Source of the DNA: Candidatus Micrarchaeia archaeon
GTDB lineage: Archaea; Micrarchaeota; Micrarchaeia; Anstonellales; VGKX01
Length of the DNA: 64,000 bases
Assembly (NCBI GenBank): GCA_041650395.1
Contig: JBAZLG010000003.1
Location: 182,917 to 246,916 of the forward strand
Direction: 5' to 3'
Under the pieces are notes generated by a model. It did not search any database, was not told where the DNA came from, and saw only the letters and a list, made by a program, of their open reading frames with translations. The stretch's first letter is position 1. Each line of letters starts with the position of its first letter. Position numbers and translations under genes: made by a program. Positions 46,429 to 55,761 of this stretch are shown in pieces.

Positions 46429-47244
46429 CTACCACCCGTAAATCTTCCTGATTGAGGCTTCAAGAAGCACGCAGATTACCTCGCCTTCGTCCTCTGAAAT
46501 GGGAACGACTATTGACTGGACAGAGCCGTTAGTGCCCTGCTCCGACGCCTTCAAGGTGTAGCCGAATGAAATGCCCTTAGAGAATTCAAGCACTGTGTTT
46601 CTCGTGTCCTTCGCGGATTCGTATTGCCCCTTGGACGGGTCGTGGTATAATTTCGAATTCTTGAGCGAGCCTGTGAGCACGGCAAGCATCTTGCCGATGT
46701 CAGTGATTGAGAGTTTCATTGTTATCTTGTTGTCCCAGTCGAATTTCTGCTCGCCTATTTGCTTTGATATGTCTATGAATATGCTCTGTTTCTCCGCGTT
46801 CAGGTCAAGCGACATCGCGCTTCCCGAATTCGCCTTTGTGGCCTTGTAGAGCCTGAATGGGATTCCCCTCCTCTCATAAGAGGTGCCAGAAGTCGAAGAG
46901 CCTGAACCCGCATAGGAATTTTTCCATGAGGATTGCGGATACTTGGGCTGGGCCTGCTGGCCTTGCGGATACCTCGGAGTAGATTCATAGGACGGCTTTG
47001 AAGGCGAGGCCGCCTGGGCTTGGCTTTTCCATGAAGGCTGGGCTGAAGATGGATTGGCAGGCTGGATGGGCGGCTTGATTTCCTGCTTTTGCGCAGGCTC
47101 CGGGGGCTTTGGCTCCTGTGAAACTGGCTTTTTCTCATCCTGCGCCGGCGCCTGGCTTGCCGGCTGTTGCGACTGGCTGAAACTTGATAGAGAGGGGTAA
47201 ATCTTTTTCTTGTTATCCTGCAATGCAGAGTTGATGTCCGCCAT
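46429..47244 (-). CDS. Hypothetical protein with a Pro/Gln-rich disordered N-terminus and a C-terminal globular domain of about 150 aa
   Basis: Intact ORF. A TATA-like ttatatat lies about 30 nt upstream. Function unknown. Confidence 0.5.
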   Translation of the reverse strand: MADINSALQDNKKKIYPSLSSFSQSQQPASQAPAQDEKKPVSQEPKPPEPAQKQEIKPPIQPANPSSAQPSWKSQAQAASPSKPSYESTPRYPQGQQAQPKYPQSSWKNSYAGSGSSTSGTSYERRGIPFRLYKATKANSGSAMSLDLNAEKQSIFIDISKQIGEQKFDWDNKITMKLSITDIGKMLAVLTGSLKNSKLYHDPSKGQYESAKDTRNTVLEFSKGISFGYTLKASEQGTNGSVQSIVVPISEDEGEVICVLLEASIRKIYGW

Positions 47245-47483
47245 TTTTTCATTCCCCGATTGTCATAAGATTCACAGGATATATAATTGTGGGCGTGGAA
47301 GCCCGGCCGCCTTGATGAAAAATGATGATGAGGTGGGAGGGGATGCGCCGGAAGAGGGTATCAAGCCGGACGCACCGCCCAAACACATAATACGGCTTAT
47401 GTTGCCGTTGACATGATAATGGTAGGAAAAAGCCTGCCTTTTAAAGAGGCGAAGGGGCATGTTTCCAGTGGTTTTGCACAAGG

Positions 47484-48026
47484 CTATGCAGAAAAAGAAG
47501 ATATTGGAGGGCAACCTGGCCCGGAATCAGAACTGACCAGTGCATTATGTGAGACGTAATGGTTGTATGTCCCATTGGAATAGCACACAACTGCTTCAAA
47601 CGATTGCCAGTCGTCAACACTACTTAGAGCCATGCTTGTGAAAGTCTCAAGAGTAGGAGCTGCGCAAGTCTCTTCCTTGCACTTGTAACTGGTGGAAGTA
47701 AAGATTGGCCCGGAATAAGAGTGCCCATAGGCATCATATGAGAGTGAAGAATCATCATACTTCAGATAATAATACGGACCTCCTTTAGTATCGCATCTGG
47801 TATATTCAATCTTCGCAGACTCGCGCGAATAATAGCTGGTGCAGTCGCCGCCCAAACCAAAAGAGGAATAAAGAGTCACGTTCTCGCCTGAATGCGGAAG
47901 AGTGATACTGGCGGTATAGACAGGCCTGAAGTATAATGCCCATACCCCGGCAACAACTATAACAAGTCCGGCAAGCACTGCAAGCAGTGCAAGCAATGCC
48001 TTTTTTTCCATGAAGGGTTCACTCAT
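47484..48026 (-). CDS. Small membrane-anchored Cys/Tyr/Ser-rich secreted protein
   Basis: Signal-anchor ALLALLAVLAGLVIVVAGVWALYF. Start uncertain (Met 17 or 22 of the track ORF). Confidence 0.45.
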   Translation of the reverse strand: MSEPFMEKKALLALLAVLAGLVIVVAGVWALYFRPVYTASITLPHSGENVTLYSSFGLGGDCTSYYSRESAKIEYTRCDTKGGPYYYLKYDDSSLSYDAYGHSYSGPIFTSTSYKCKEETCAAPTLETFTSMALSSVDDWQSFEAVVCYSNGTYNHYVSHNALVSSDSGPGCPPISSFSA

Positions 48027-48136
48027 ATGGCGTATATAAATGTAGCGCAATCGCAAAATAAATGCCGTATTCATGAGTGCCGTTGCCCTCGTAGGCGGAC
48101 AGCAGGCTTAATAAAGGGCAATTGCATCTTCATACC

Positions 48137-48751
48137 ATGGAAAACCAAGAAACCAACGTCAAGGTTTATACGCGCAAGGGCGATTCAGGCTCAACCGGCC
48201 TCTACGGAGGCATGAAGGTGAGAAAGGACGAGTCCAGGATAGAGGCGGTCGGGACCATAGACGAGCTCAATTCCGTAATCGGGCTCGCGCTTGTCCACGC
48301 CAAGACGCCCCAAAGCGTGGCGCTCTCGGTCGTGCAGGAAGACCTCTTCGACATAGGGGCGATAATTGGCACCACTCCGGGCATTCCCCAGCCGGTAGAC
48401 GACGGGTTTTTGGAATGGCGCGTAAAGGAGATAGAGGCGGAAATAGACGAGATGGACAAGAAACTCCAGCCATTGAAATCATTCATACTCCCGGGAGGCT
48501 GCGACGCGTCGGCGCACCTCCACCACGCAAGGACAGTGTGCAGGCGCGCAGAGCGCTGCCTTGTCAGGCTCGATGAGGACGAGAAAATACCGCAGGCATT
48601 GATTGGCTACGTGAACAGGCTCTCCTCATACCTTTTCGTGCTTGCGAGGTTTGAGAACCTCCATGCAGGCAGGCCGGACCTCAAATGGGAGGCGAGGAAG
48701 AAGTCCGAGAAGACCGATACGACCCTCACTTCATTCGAGAAAAAGGAATAA
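48137..48751 (+). CDS. PduO-type ATP:cob(I)alamin adenosyltransferase
   Basis: TRKGDSGSTGLYGG...RIEAVGTIDELNSVIG matches the PduO/MMAB family N-terminal signature. Confidence 0.75.
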   Translation: MENQETNVKVYTRKGDSGSTGLYGGMKVRKDESRIEAVGTIDELNSVIGLALVHAKTPQSVALSVVQEDLFDIGAIIGTTPGIPQPVDDGFLEWRVKEIEAEIDEMDKKLQPLKSFILPGGCDASAHLHHARTVCRRAERCLVRLDEDEKIPQALIGYVNRLSSYLFVLARFENLHAGRPDLKWEARKKSEKTDTTLTSFEKKE

Positions 48752-48759
48752 GGTGAAAA

Positions 48760-50355
48760 ATGCCCGATCCCGTCTACGACAGCCTCAACAAGGGCTGGAA
48801 AAGCACGTGCAAGATAGTATTCGGCGAGGACATAGGCGAACTCGAGGATTTCGGCCCCTGGCTTGAAAAGGACATACACCCCCTCAGGCTGGAAAAATCG
48901 GCAGTTTCCGGCAGGGAAGTCGAAATATCCATACCCGATTACGCCCCTTCTTCCAGGTTCATGAGTTTCGACGAGATAGACTTCGGCAGGAAATTCCAGC
49001 CCCTGTCCATAAACGAGGTCAAGGACATCGACTCCATAGTGGAGGCCGTCAGGGAGAGGATATATTACACTGGCAACCTGGTCCTCGGGAACTCCTCGAA
49101 TGTAGGGCGCTCGAACAACATAGTGGACAGCCATTATATCTGGAAGTCCAACCGCATTTCTGACTCGAAATACATAGCATATTCCCAGGATTCCAGGTAC
49201 TGCGAGTATTTCTTTGGCGGCTGGGTAGGGGCAATAAACAGCTTCTGCATAAAGTCCGGAGGCGGCAGGCTGCAAAGGTGCTTCGAGGCGTTCGACTGCG
49301 AATCCACTACTTCAGCCTACTACTGCGCCCTTGTCCAAAACAGCCAGGAATGCATGTTCTCGTTCGGCTGCAGGTCGAAAAACTACATCATAGGGAACCT
49401 TCCCCTGCCAAAGGGCAAGTATGAAAGGATTAAACAGGAAATCCTTGCGGAGATAGCCCAGGCGCTCGGGCGCGACAAGAGGGTATTCTCGCTTTTCGAC
49501 ATCATAGAGAGGGCGGGCAAATACGGGAAAAGCACACTGAAGGTTCCGCCGCAAAAAGAGGAGAAATTCAACAAGCAGGCAATTGAATCCGCGTTTTCCC
49601 ATACAACCGCCCTAGTGCTTGGCAGGGAATTGTCAGGGATCGACGATTATTCCAAATTCCTGCTTGGCCACGTGCAGGCTAACAGGAGCGCCAAGTCGCC
49701 CCTGACAGGAAAGAAAGTCATTGCCGCCGGGTTCCAGGCATATTTCATGGACCTTTATGACATAGGGAAGAGGACAATCGACCAATATGAGATAGACGAG
49801 ATTGGCAAAACCGCGATTTCAATGGAAGAGGCCACAGGCGTTGGACTTGAAATGGACAAGCTTGCCCGGGCGCTCTATCCGATAGCCTACGCATGCTTCC
49901 AGAAAAACAACGGGACTATCACGAACGTGAAAAATGGCGCTGTAGTGCTTGACAGCTCCGACTGCTACGAAGGGTGCGCGTACTCAAGCTCGAAAAAATG
50001 CGCCTATTGCTTCTGGCCGAGGGAGTCCGAGAACATATTCGGCTCTGAAATCACGTGGAGCTGCTCGTTTTGCATAAAATGCTTCCATTCAAAGAAGCTC
50101 ACGCGCTGCTTCGAGTGCGACAACTGCGAATCGTGCTCCGACACGTATTATTCCCACAACTGCGAGAATTCGAGGGATTCCATGTTCTGCTTCAATGCGA
50201 AAAACCTTGCCCATTCCATAGGGAATGCGCAGCTCCCGCCTGAAAAGTACAAAGGCGTCAAGTCAGCGGTGCTGGAACAGATAGCAACGGAACTCGAGAA
50301 GAAAAAGACGCTAAAGTGGGACATATTCACGCTTGGAGCTGGCAAAGCCAAATAA
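48760..50355 (+). CDS. Cys-rich repeat protein A (531 aa), cytoplasmic, beta-solenoid-like repeats with Cys ladders. Paralog of 53430..55034.
   Basis: Repeating 11- to 22-residue units such as NVGRSNNIVDS / HYIWKSNRISDS / KYIAYSQDSRYC and CxxC-rich blocks. About 65-70% aa identity to paralog B, with blocks of identical nucleotides. Confidence 0.6.
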   Translation: MPDPVYDSLNKGWKSTCKIVFGEDIGELEDFGPWLEKDIHPLRLEKSAVSGREVEISIPDYAPSSRFMSFDEIDFGRKFQPLSINEVKDIDSIVEAVRERIYYTGNLVLGNSSNVGRSNNIVDSHYIWKSNRISDSKYIAYSQDSRYCEYFFGGWVGAINSFCIKSGGGRLQRCFEAFDCESTTSAYYCALVQNSQECMFSFGCRSKNYIIGNLPLPKGKYERIKQEILAEIAQALGRDKRVFSLFDIIERAGKYGKSTLKVPPQKEEKFNKQAIESAFSHTTALVLGRELSGIDDYSKFLLGHVQANRSAKSPLTGKKVIAAGFQAYFMDLYDIGKRTIDQYEIDEIGKTAISMEEATGVGLEMDKLARALYPIAYACFQKNNGTITNVKNGAVVLDSSDCYEGCAYSSSKKCAYCFWPRESENIFGSEITWSCSFCIKCFHSKKLTRCFECDNCESCSDTYYSHNCENSRDSMFCFNAKNLAHSIGNAQLPPEKYKGVKSAVLEQIATELEKKKTLKWDIFTLGAGKAK

Positions 50356-50381
50356 TAACCTTGCAGGGCATATAATGCAGA

Positions 50382-51296
50382 GTGTTTTCCATGAGGCTTA
50401 TTACGCACACGGACCTTGACGGGGTAGCCTGCGCAGTGCTTTTGACCACTGTCGAGCAGATAGACCAGGTAAAATTCATAGACCCTGGCACAATCCAGTC
50501 TGGCAAGATAGAGATAACGGGGAACGACATACTCGCAGACCTGCCATTTGACAAGAGGGCGGGAATGTGGTTCGACCACCACGAATCGTCAAAGCCAAAG
50601 GACGGGCAGGAATTCGAGGGCATGTTCAGGATAGCCCCGAGCGCCGCGAGGGTGGTCTACGAGTATTACGACAACCCATACCTTGCAAAATACGAGAGGC
50701 TTGTCGAGGGGACGGACAGGATAGATTCCGGCCAGGTCTCAAAGGAGGAGGCCACAAGCCCCACAGGGCTTTTCCTGCTCTCAAACACGCTTGAGACTGC
50801 GGCGCCAAAGGCCGAGGACGACGATTACAGGCGGCATGTCATAAGGCTTTTGAGGCACCACTCCATCGAGGAGACGCTTGAGAACCCCCGCGTGAAGGAC
50901 AGGTGCGCCAATGTGAAAAACGAGCTTGAGGCTTTCAGGAGGCTGCTCGAGGAAAACACGGTCATGATTGGCAAGGTGGCGTTCTCGGACCTGCGCGAAA
51001 AGCCCGAGCTTCCAAGGGGCAACAATTACGTGGTATATTCCCTTTTCCCGCAAGCTGTCACTTCGGTGCGGCTCATGCCGCTTGACGAGGGCAAGGATGA
51101 TGCGAAGATTTCAGTCGGGCATAACATTTACGGGAAAAAGTCGGAGTTCAACGTGGGCGAGGCAATGAGGCGCATTGGCGGGGGCGGGCACAGGCCGGTT
51201 GGGGGCGCCACAGTGAAAAAAGAGGCGGCATACGAGATTGCGATGCGGATTGCCAAGGAGATTAATGATTTTGAGGAAAAACAGGGGAAAGGATAG
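50382..51296 (+). CDS. DHH/DHHA1-family phosphoesterase (NrnA / nanoRNase-like)
   Basis: HTDLDGVACAVLL (DHH motif I), WFDHHES (DHH), and GGGGHRPVGGA (the DHHA1 GGGH motif). Confidence 0.75.
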   Translation: MFSMRLITHTDLDGVACAVLLTTVEQIDQVKFIDPGTIQSGKIEITGNDILADLPFDKRAGMWFDHHESSKPKDGQEFEGMFRIAPSAARVVYEYYDNPYLAKYERLVEGTDRIDSGQVSKEEATSPTGLFLLSNTLETAAPKAEDDDYRRHVIRLLRHHSIEETLENPRVKDRCANVKNELEAFRRLLEENTVMIGKVAFSDLREKPELPRGNNYVVYSLFPQAVTSVRLMPLDEGKDDAKISVGHNIYGKKSEFNVGEAMRRIGGGGHRPVGGATVKKEAAYEIAMRIAKEINDFEEKQGKG

Positions 51297-51401
51297 CGGC
51301 TTGCCGGGAAATGGCGCATTAGCCAAAGGCACGAAACCCATTGCCGGCAGGGGCATAAGGGCACATGCGACATATTTTATATTATAAGGGCATAAAGTGT
51401 T

Positions 51402-53384
51402 ATGATGGTTGAGAGAAAACTCATTTACCTCCTTTGCATGGCATTCGCCCTTGCAGGCATTGCCAGTGCGTATAATGTCTCATTTGTCAATTCAGCGGGC
51501 AGCCCGACCACGCTCAACTACGACTCGCCGTCCCAGTCATACATAGACGCAAACACGAACCCGGACATTTACGTCCGCGCCTGCGGGCTGGACACATCAG
51601 GCAAGTACGCGGCCCTCGCCTATCCTGGAGGCAATGCCACTCTTGTCATAAGCCAGCAGTCAAGCGTGCTTGGGAACGCAATCAGGATACCCGCAAGCGC
51701 GGGCGGCTGCGTGGACATCGGCCTTGACGTGTCAAGCTTCCTTGCGGCATACCCGGGCCAGCCTTACCTTGTGATTTCAAATGACACTTTCGTCTCCGCG
51801 GACGACGAGTTCTACCCTGTCGACTCAGGGAGCCTGGCCGGGTTCTACTCGGCCTCCGGCACCGCGGATTCGGAAAACCTCACAATAGACATTGCCCAGA
51901 TAGGCACCACCGCGGGGTGCACGCAGGGCAATGCGATTACTGGGCAGAAAAGCCTGATAGTGGCGTGCGCCCACGGGGCGGCAAATGAGACATCGTGCGT
52001 GCTTGCAAGCCCTAACGGGACAATAACAGTGCCGCTCAACGGCATGGCATATTCATATTTCACCCTCAATGGCATGCAGCCCGTAGTCTGCGCAATCGGC
52101 TGCCCGTCAGGCACTGTCATGTGCTCCGATGGCGCGTGCAGGGACAACTGCGGAGGCGGCGGCGGGCCCACGGATTTGACGCTTAACGCGCAGGTGGCTG
52201 CCAACTGCACCAATGAGACCGCCAACGTGACAATCAGGAGCTCGTCAGGCACAACCTTCTCCCCAAGCACGGTAACAATCGTCAATTCCCAGACGCAGGA
52301 GGCCCTGACATTGCAGCTTGTGTCTTCAGGCGTTTACGTTTTCACGCCTACAAAGGCAGGCACTTACAGCCTGACTGCGTCAAACGTGGGCTTTACCACC
52401 CTTGAAACCGGCTTTGACGTCAATGACTGCGCAGTGCCTGTGCAGTGCAAGGAAAACGACCTCTCGTGCACGCTGGACTATGACTGCTGCTCTGGATTCT
52501 GCAATTCTTTTGGCGTGTGCGCCAACCAGACCGTGAATAACACGAACAACCAGACCGAAGGCAACCCGCCGGGTTCCATGGACAAGCAGATTACGATAAG
52601 CATAGACGCCACATGCACTGACGCCGAAGGCACGGTGCTTGTGGACCCCAAGGACTCGACAATGGCGGTCTACAGGATTGACGGCGGCTCCACTGTCCAG
52701 GTGTCAACCACGCGGACTGCGATAGGGTATTCGTTCGTGCCGCACCTGGCAGGCTCATACGAGGCGCGCGCGTTCAAGCCGGGCTATACAAGCTCCACAC
52801 TGCCATTCAAGATATTCGACTGCACCCAGACGCCCACTTGCACAGACAACGGGCTTGCCTGCGTGTCGGACGCGGAATGCTGCTCCGCGTTCTGCAACCA
52901 GACTTCCAACTTGTGCGGGCAGAGGGCCCCCCTCTCCACATGCATTGAGAAAAACGGGTTCTGCAACAGCACAGCGGACTGCTGCGTTGGCGCGTGCGTG
53001 GCAAACGCGTGCTCCGTCTGTTCCCAGACTCTAAGCCTGTGCAGGACGAGTTCCGACTGCTGCGAAGGCTACTGCTCGGACAACAAGTGCATAATCCCGT
53101 CCTCTAGCGCGACCACCATAATCGGGACGCTTGCTGACAAGGACAAGACCCAAAGCCTCTGGCCAGTTGTGGTTGGCCTTGCTGCCATAGCTGCGTACGC
53201 AGGCGTGACCACGGGCGTGAGGATACTCCCTCCGACCGTTTTCGCAATACCAATACTTGTCGGCTTTGTGACTGTGCCCTTCCTCGGGATACTCGCAGGC
53301 CTTGCAGAAATCATACTTGAGAAGACAAGGCTTATGGACACGGTGTTCAGGAAGAAGGACTCCAAGGGCAGGAAAAAGCAGTGA
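51402..53384 (+). CDS. Secreted Cys-rich protein with knottin-like CxxxxxxCCSxFC modules and a C-terminal TM anchor
   Basis: Signal peptide MMVERKLIYLLCMAFALAGIASA. Repeated modules such as CKENDLSCTLDYDCCSGFCNSFGVC and CTDNGLACVSDAECCSAFCNQ. Hydrophobic C-terminal segments. Confidence 0.6.
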   Translation: MMVERKLIYLLCMAFALAGIASAYNVSFVNSAGSPTTLNYDSPSQSYIDANTNPDIYVRACGLDTSGKYAALAYPGGNATLVISQQSSVLGNAIRIPASAGGCVDIGLDVSSFLAAYPGQPYLVISNDTFVSADDEFYPVDSGSLAGFYSASGTADSENLTIDIAQIGTTAGCTQGNAITGQKSLIVACAHGAANETSCVLASPNGTITVPLNGMAYSYFTLNGMQPVVCAIGCPSGTVMCSDGACRDNCGGGGGPTDLTLNAQVAANCTNETANVTIRSSSGTTFSPSTVTIVNSQTQEALTLQLVSSGVYVFTPTKAGTYSLTASNVGFTTLETGFDVNDCAVPVQCKENDLSCTLDYDCCSGFCNSFGVCANQTVNNTNNQTEGNPPGSMDKQITISIDATCTDAEGTVLVDPKDSTMAVYRIDGGSTVQVSTTRTAIGYSFVPHLAGSYEARAFKPGYTSSTLPFKIFDCTQTPTCTDNGLACVSDAECCSAFCNQTSNLCGQRAPLSTCIEKNGFCNSTADCCVGACVANACSVCSQTLSLCRTSSDCCEGYCSDNKCIIPSSSATTIIGTLADKDKTQSLWPVVVGLAAIAAYAGVTTGVRILPPTVFAIPILVGFVTVPFLGILAGLAEIILEKTRLMDTVFRKKDSKGRKKQ

Positions 53385-53429
53385 GCATGCGGGGGACTGG
53401 CGGCCGCAAGCGCCTCTGCGGGTTGAAGC

Positions 53430-55034
53430 TTGATGGCATCTGCAGTCTACGAAACATTGAACAGGAGCTGGAAAGGCGCATGCAAGGCCCTGTTTGGCAG
53501 GGAAGTCGGGGAGCTTTCCGGCTTCGAGCCGTGGCTTGAGGAATACGCCCAGCACCCGCCAAGGTTCGAGAAGTCCTTTTTTTCAGGCAGGGAGGTCGAG
53601 GTCTCGATAGAGGATTACGCGCCTGGCTCGAGGTTCATAAGCTTTGACGAGGCGGACTTCGGGAAAAAGTTCCGGCCGCTCACGATAAACGAGATAAAGG
53701 ACATTGACGGCATAATAGGCGCAATCGGCGAGAGGATGCAATACACTGGCAACCTCGTGCTTGGGAATTCCGCGAATGTCGAGCGGTCGGGAAGCGTTGT
53801 AGACAGCCATTTTGTCTGGAAATCAAGCAGGGTGTCGGATTCGAAGTACATCGCATGCTCCCAGGACGCGAGGTATTGCGAACACTGCTTCGGGCTCGGG
53901 GTGAGCTCGAAATCGAGTTTTTGCGTCAGGTCCACGTCCGGCAGGATGACGCGCTGCTTTGAGACCCTGAACTGCGAACTCCTCACGGACGCGTATTACT
54001 GCGCCCTTGTCCAAAACAGCCAGGAATGCATGTTCTCGTTCGGCTGCAGGTCGAAAAACTTCATAATAGGCAACCTGCAGCTGCCAAAGGACAAGTACAT
54101 GGGCGTCAAGCGCAAGCTGCTGGCGGAAATGGCGGATTTGCTTGAGAGGGACAAGAGGATATTCTCGCTTTTCGACGTTATCGAGCAGGCGGGGAGGAGG
54201 GGCGGGAAGGCGGCAAAAATCGCCCCAGCAAAAGAAGGCGAGTTTGACAAGCAGGCCATTGAAAAGGCGTTTTCAAAGACCACGGGGCTCGTGCTTGGGA
54301 GGGAATTGTCAGGCATTGACAGCTACTCGAAATTCCTCTTCGGGCACGTGCCCGCCCCAAGGCGCTCAAAGTCCCCTCTGACAGGCAAGGAAGTGATGGT
54401 CGCAGGTTTCCACGCGTATTTCATGGACAAGTACGACATTGGGAAAAGGACAGTTTCCCAGAGGGAGATGGACGAGATAGGCAATACCGCCATATCCCTA
54501 AAGGACGCCGAAGGGCTTGGAATGGACCCTGAAATGCTTGGCGCGGCCCTGGGCCCGGTGGCTTATGCGTGCTTCCAAAAGGACAATGGCGCGATAACAA
54601 ACGTGAAAAACTGCGCCGTAGTAATGGACAGCTCCGACTGCTACGAGGGGACGGCATACGTGAATTCGAAAAAATGTTCGCATTGCTCGTGGCCGAGGGA
54701 GTCTGAATACACGTTCGGCTCCGCCATCGCGTGGAGCTGCGCCTTCTGCCTGAAATGCTTCTACTCCAAGAAACTGACGCGCTGCTTCGAGTGCGACAAT
54801 TGCGAATCGTGCTCCGACACGTATTATTCCCACAACTGCGAGAATGCGAGGGAAGCGATGTTCTGCTTCAATGCGAAAAACCAGGCTTACAGCATTGGAA
54901 ACGCCCCGCTGCCCCAGGATAAATACAAAAGCGCCAAGGCAGCCGTGCTGGAGCAGATTGCAACGGAACTCGAGTGCAAAAAGGCGCTGAAATGGGACAT
55001 TTTCAGCCTCGCAGCAGGGAAAAGGGGGAAATAG
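53430..55034 (+). CDS. Cys-rich repeat protein B (534 aa), paralog of 48760..50355
   Basis: Collinear with paralog A throughout. Shares identical nucleotide blocks of 60-70 nt (for example 53997-54060 against 49320-49384). Confidence 0.6.
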   Translation: MMASAVYETLNRSWKGACKALFGREVGELSGFEPWLEEYAQHPPRFEKSFFSGREVEVSIEDYAPGSRFISFDEADFGKKFRPLTINEIKDIDGIIGAIGERMQYTGNLVLGNSANVERSGSVVDSHFVWKSSRVSDSKYIACSQDARYCEHCFGLGVSSKSSFCVRSTSGRMTRCFETLNCELLTDAYYCALVQNSQECMFSFGCRSKNFIIGNLQLPKDKYMGVKRKLLAEMADLLERDKRIFSLFDVIEQAGRRGGKAAKIAPAKEGEFDKQAIEKAFSKTTGLVLGRELSGIDSYSKFLFGHVPAPRRSKSPLTGKEVMVAGFHAYFMDKYDIGKRTVSQREMDEIGNTAISLKDAEGLGMDPEMLGAALGPVAYACFQKDNGAITNVKNCAVVMDSSDCYEGTAYVNSKKCSHCSWPRESEYTFGSAIAWSCAFCLKCFYSKKLTRCFECDNCESCSDTYYSHNCENAREAMFCFNAKNQAYSIGNAPLPQDKYKSAKAAVLEQIATELECKKALKWDIFSLAAGKRGK

Positions 55035-55110
55035 CGCGCGCAGGGGATACGCCCAACGCATGAAAAATAAGCTGGTGCCGATTTGGCGGGCATGCTGGCT
55101 TTTTCTTTCC

Positions 55111-55758
55111 TTAATATCCCATGCTCGAGATTATCTTCGAGCTTTTGAGCATTTCTGAATCCATGTCCAGGTCGAGCTTGACTGTCCTGAACTGGCCCGT
55201 CCTTACTGTCTGGAGCTTCTGGTCATAGCCGAATACCACAATGTCCGGCGCCACGCGCTCCAAAGTGTCCTCCTTGCGCCCGACGCCCGGCATTGCTATG
55301 TCAACGGCCTTGAGGTTCGAGACAAGATAGAGCCTGTACGCCTGCGGGTGCAGCAACTTTCCCTTGGACTTCATGGCGGTCTCGTCGGTTGCCACCACTG
55401 CCACCAGGAAATTGCCAAGCTTTGCGGCCTCATTGAGCGTGAACACATGGCCCGCATGGAGAACGTCGAACACGCCGCCGGTCATGACCACAGTGAGCTT
55501 TTTCCTTGATTCCTGTTTCAGGCAATACGAGCCGCCTTTAATCTCAAGGTGCTCCTTTTCTTCGCCTGAAAGCCTGGAAAAATCAGATGCCGATATGCCA
55601 TTGCCTGAAAGCTGGAGCGCGAAAAGCCGCTTCACGATTGCAAGTTCCGGTTTCTCAGCTTCCATTATTTTGCCTTCGAATAATTTCTTGTTGCCCGAAG
55701 AGGGCACTGTGCCGCCAATCCCGGCAGTTGCCTGTTTGGCCATTGGGACCGCCTGCAA
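55111..55758 (-). CDS. Cytidylyltransferase-fold nucleotidyltransferase (FAD synthase RibL-like) with an N-terminal extension of about 90 aa
   Basis: VVMTGGVFDVLHAGHV carries the HxGH nucleotidyltransferase motif. VAVVATDE and PDIVVFGYDQ resemble RibL. Confidence 0.55.
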   Translation of the reverse strand: MQAVPMAKQATAGIGGTVPSSGNKKLFEGKIMEAEKPELAIVKRLFALQLSGNGISASDFSRLSGEEKEHLEIKGGSYCLKQESRKKLTVVMTGGVFDVLHAGHVFTLNEAAKLGNFLVAVVATDETAMKSKGKLLHPQAYRLYLVSNLKAVDIAMPGVGRKEDTLERVAPDIVVFGYDQKLQTVRTGQFRTVKLDLDMDSEMLKSSKIISSMGY

Positions 55759-55761
55759 GCC

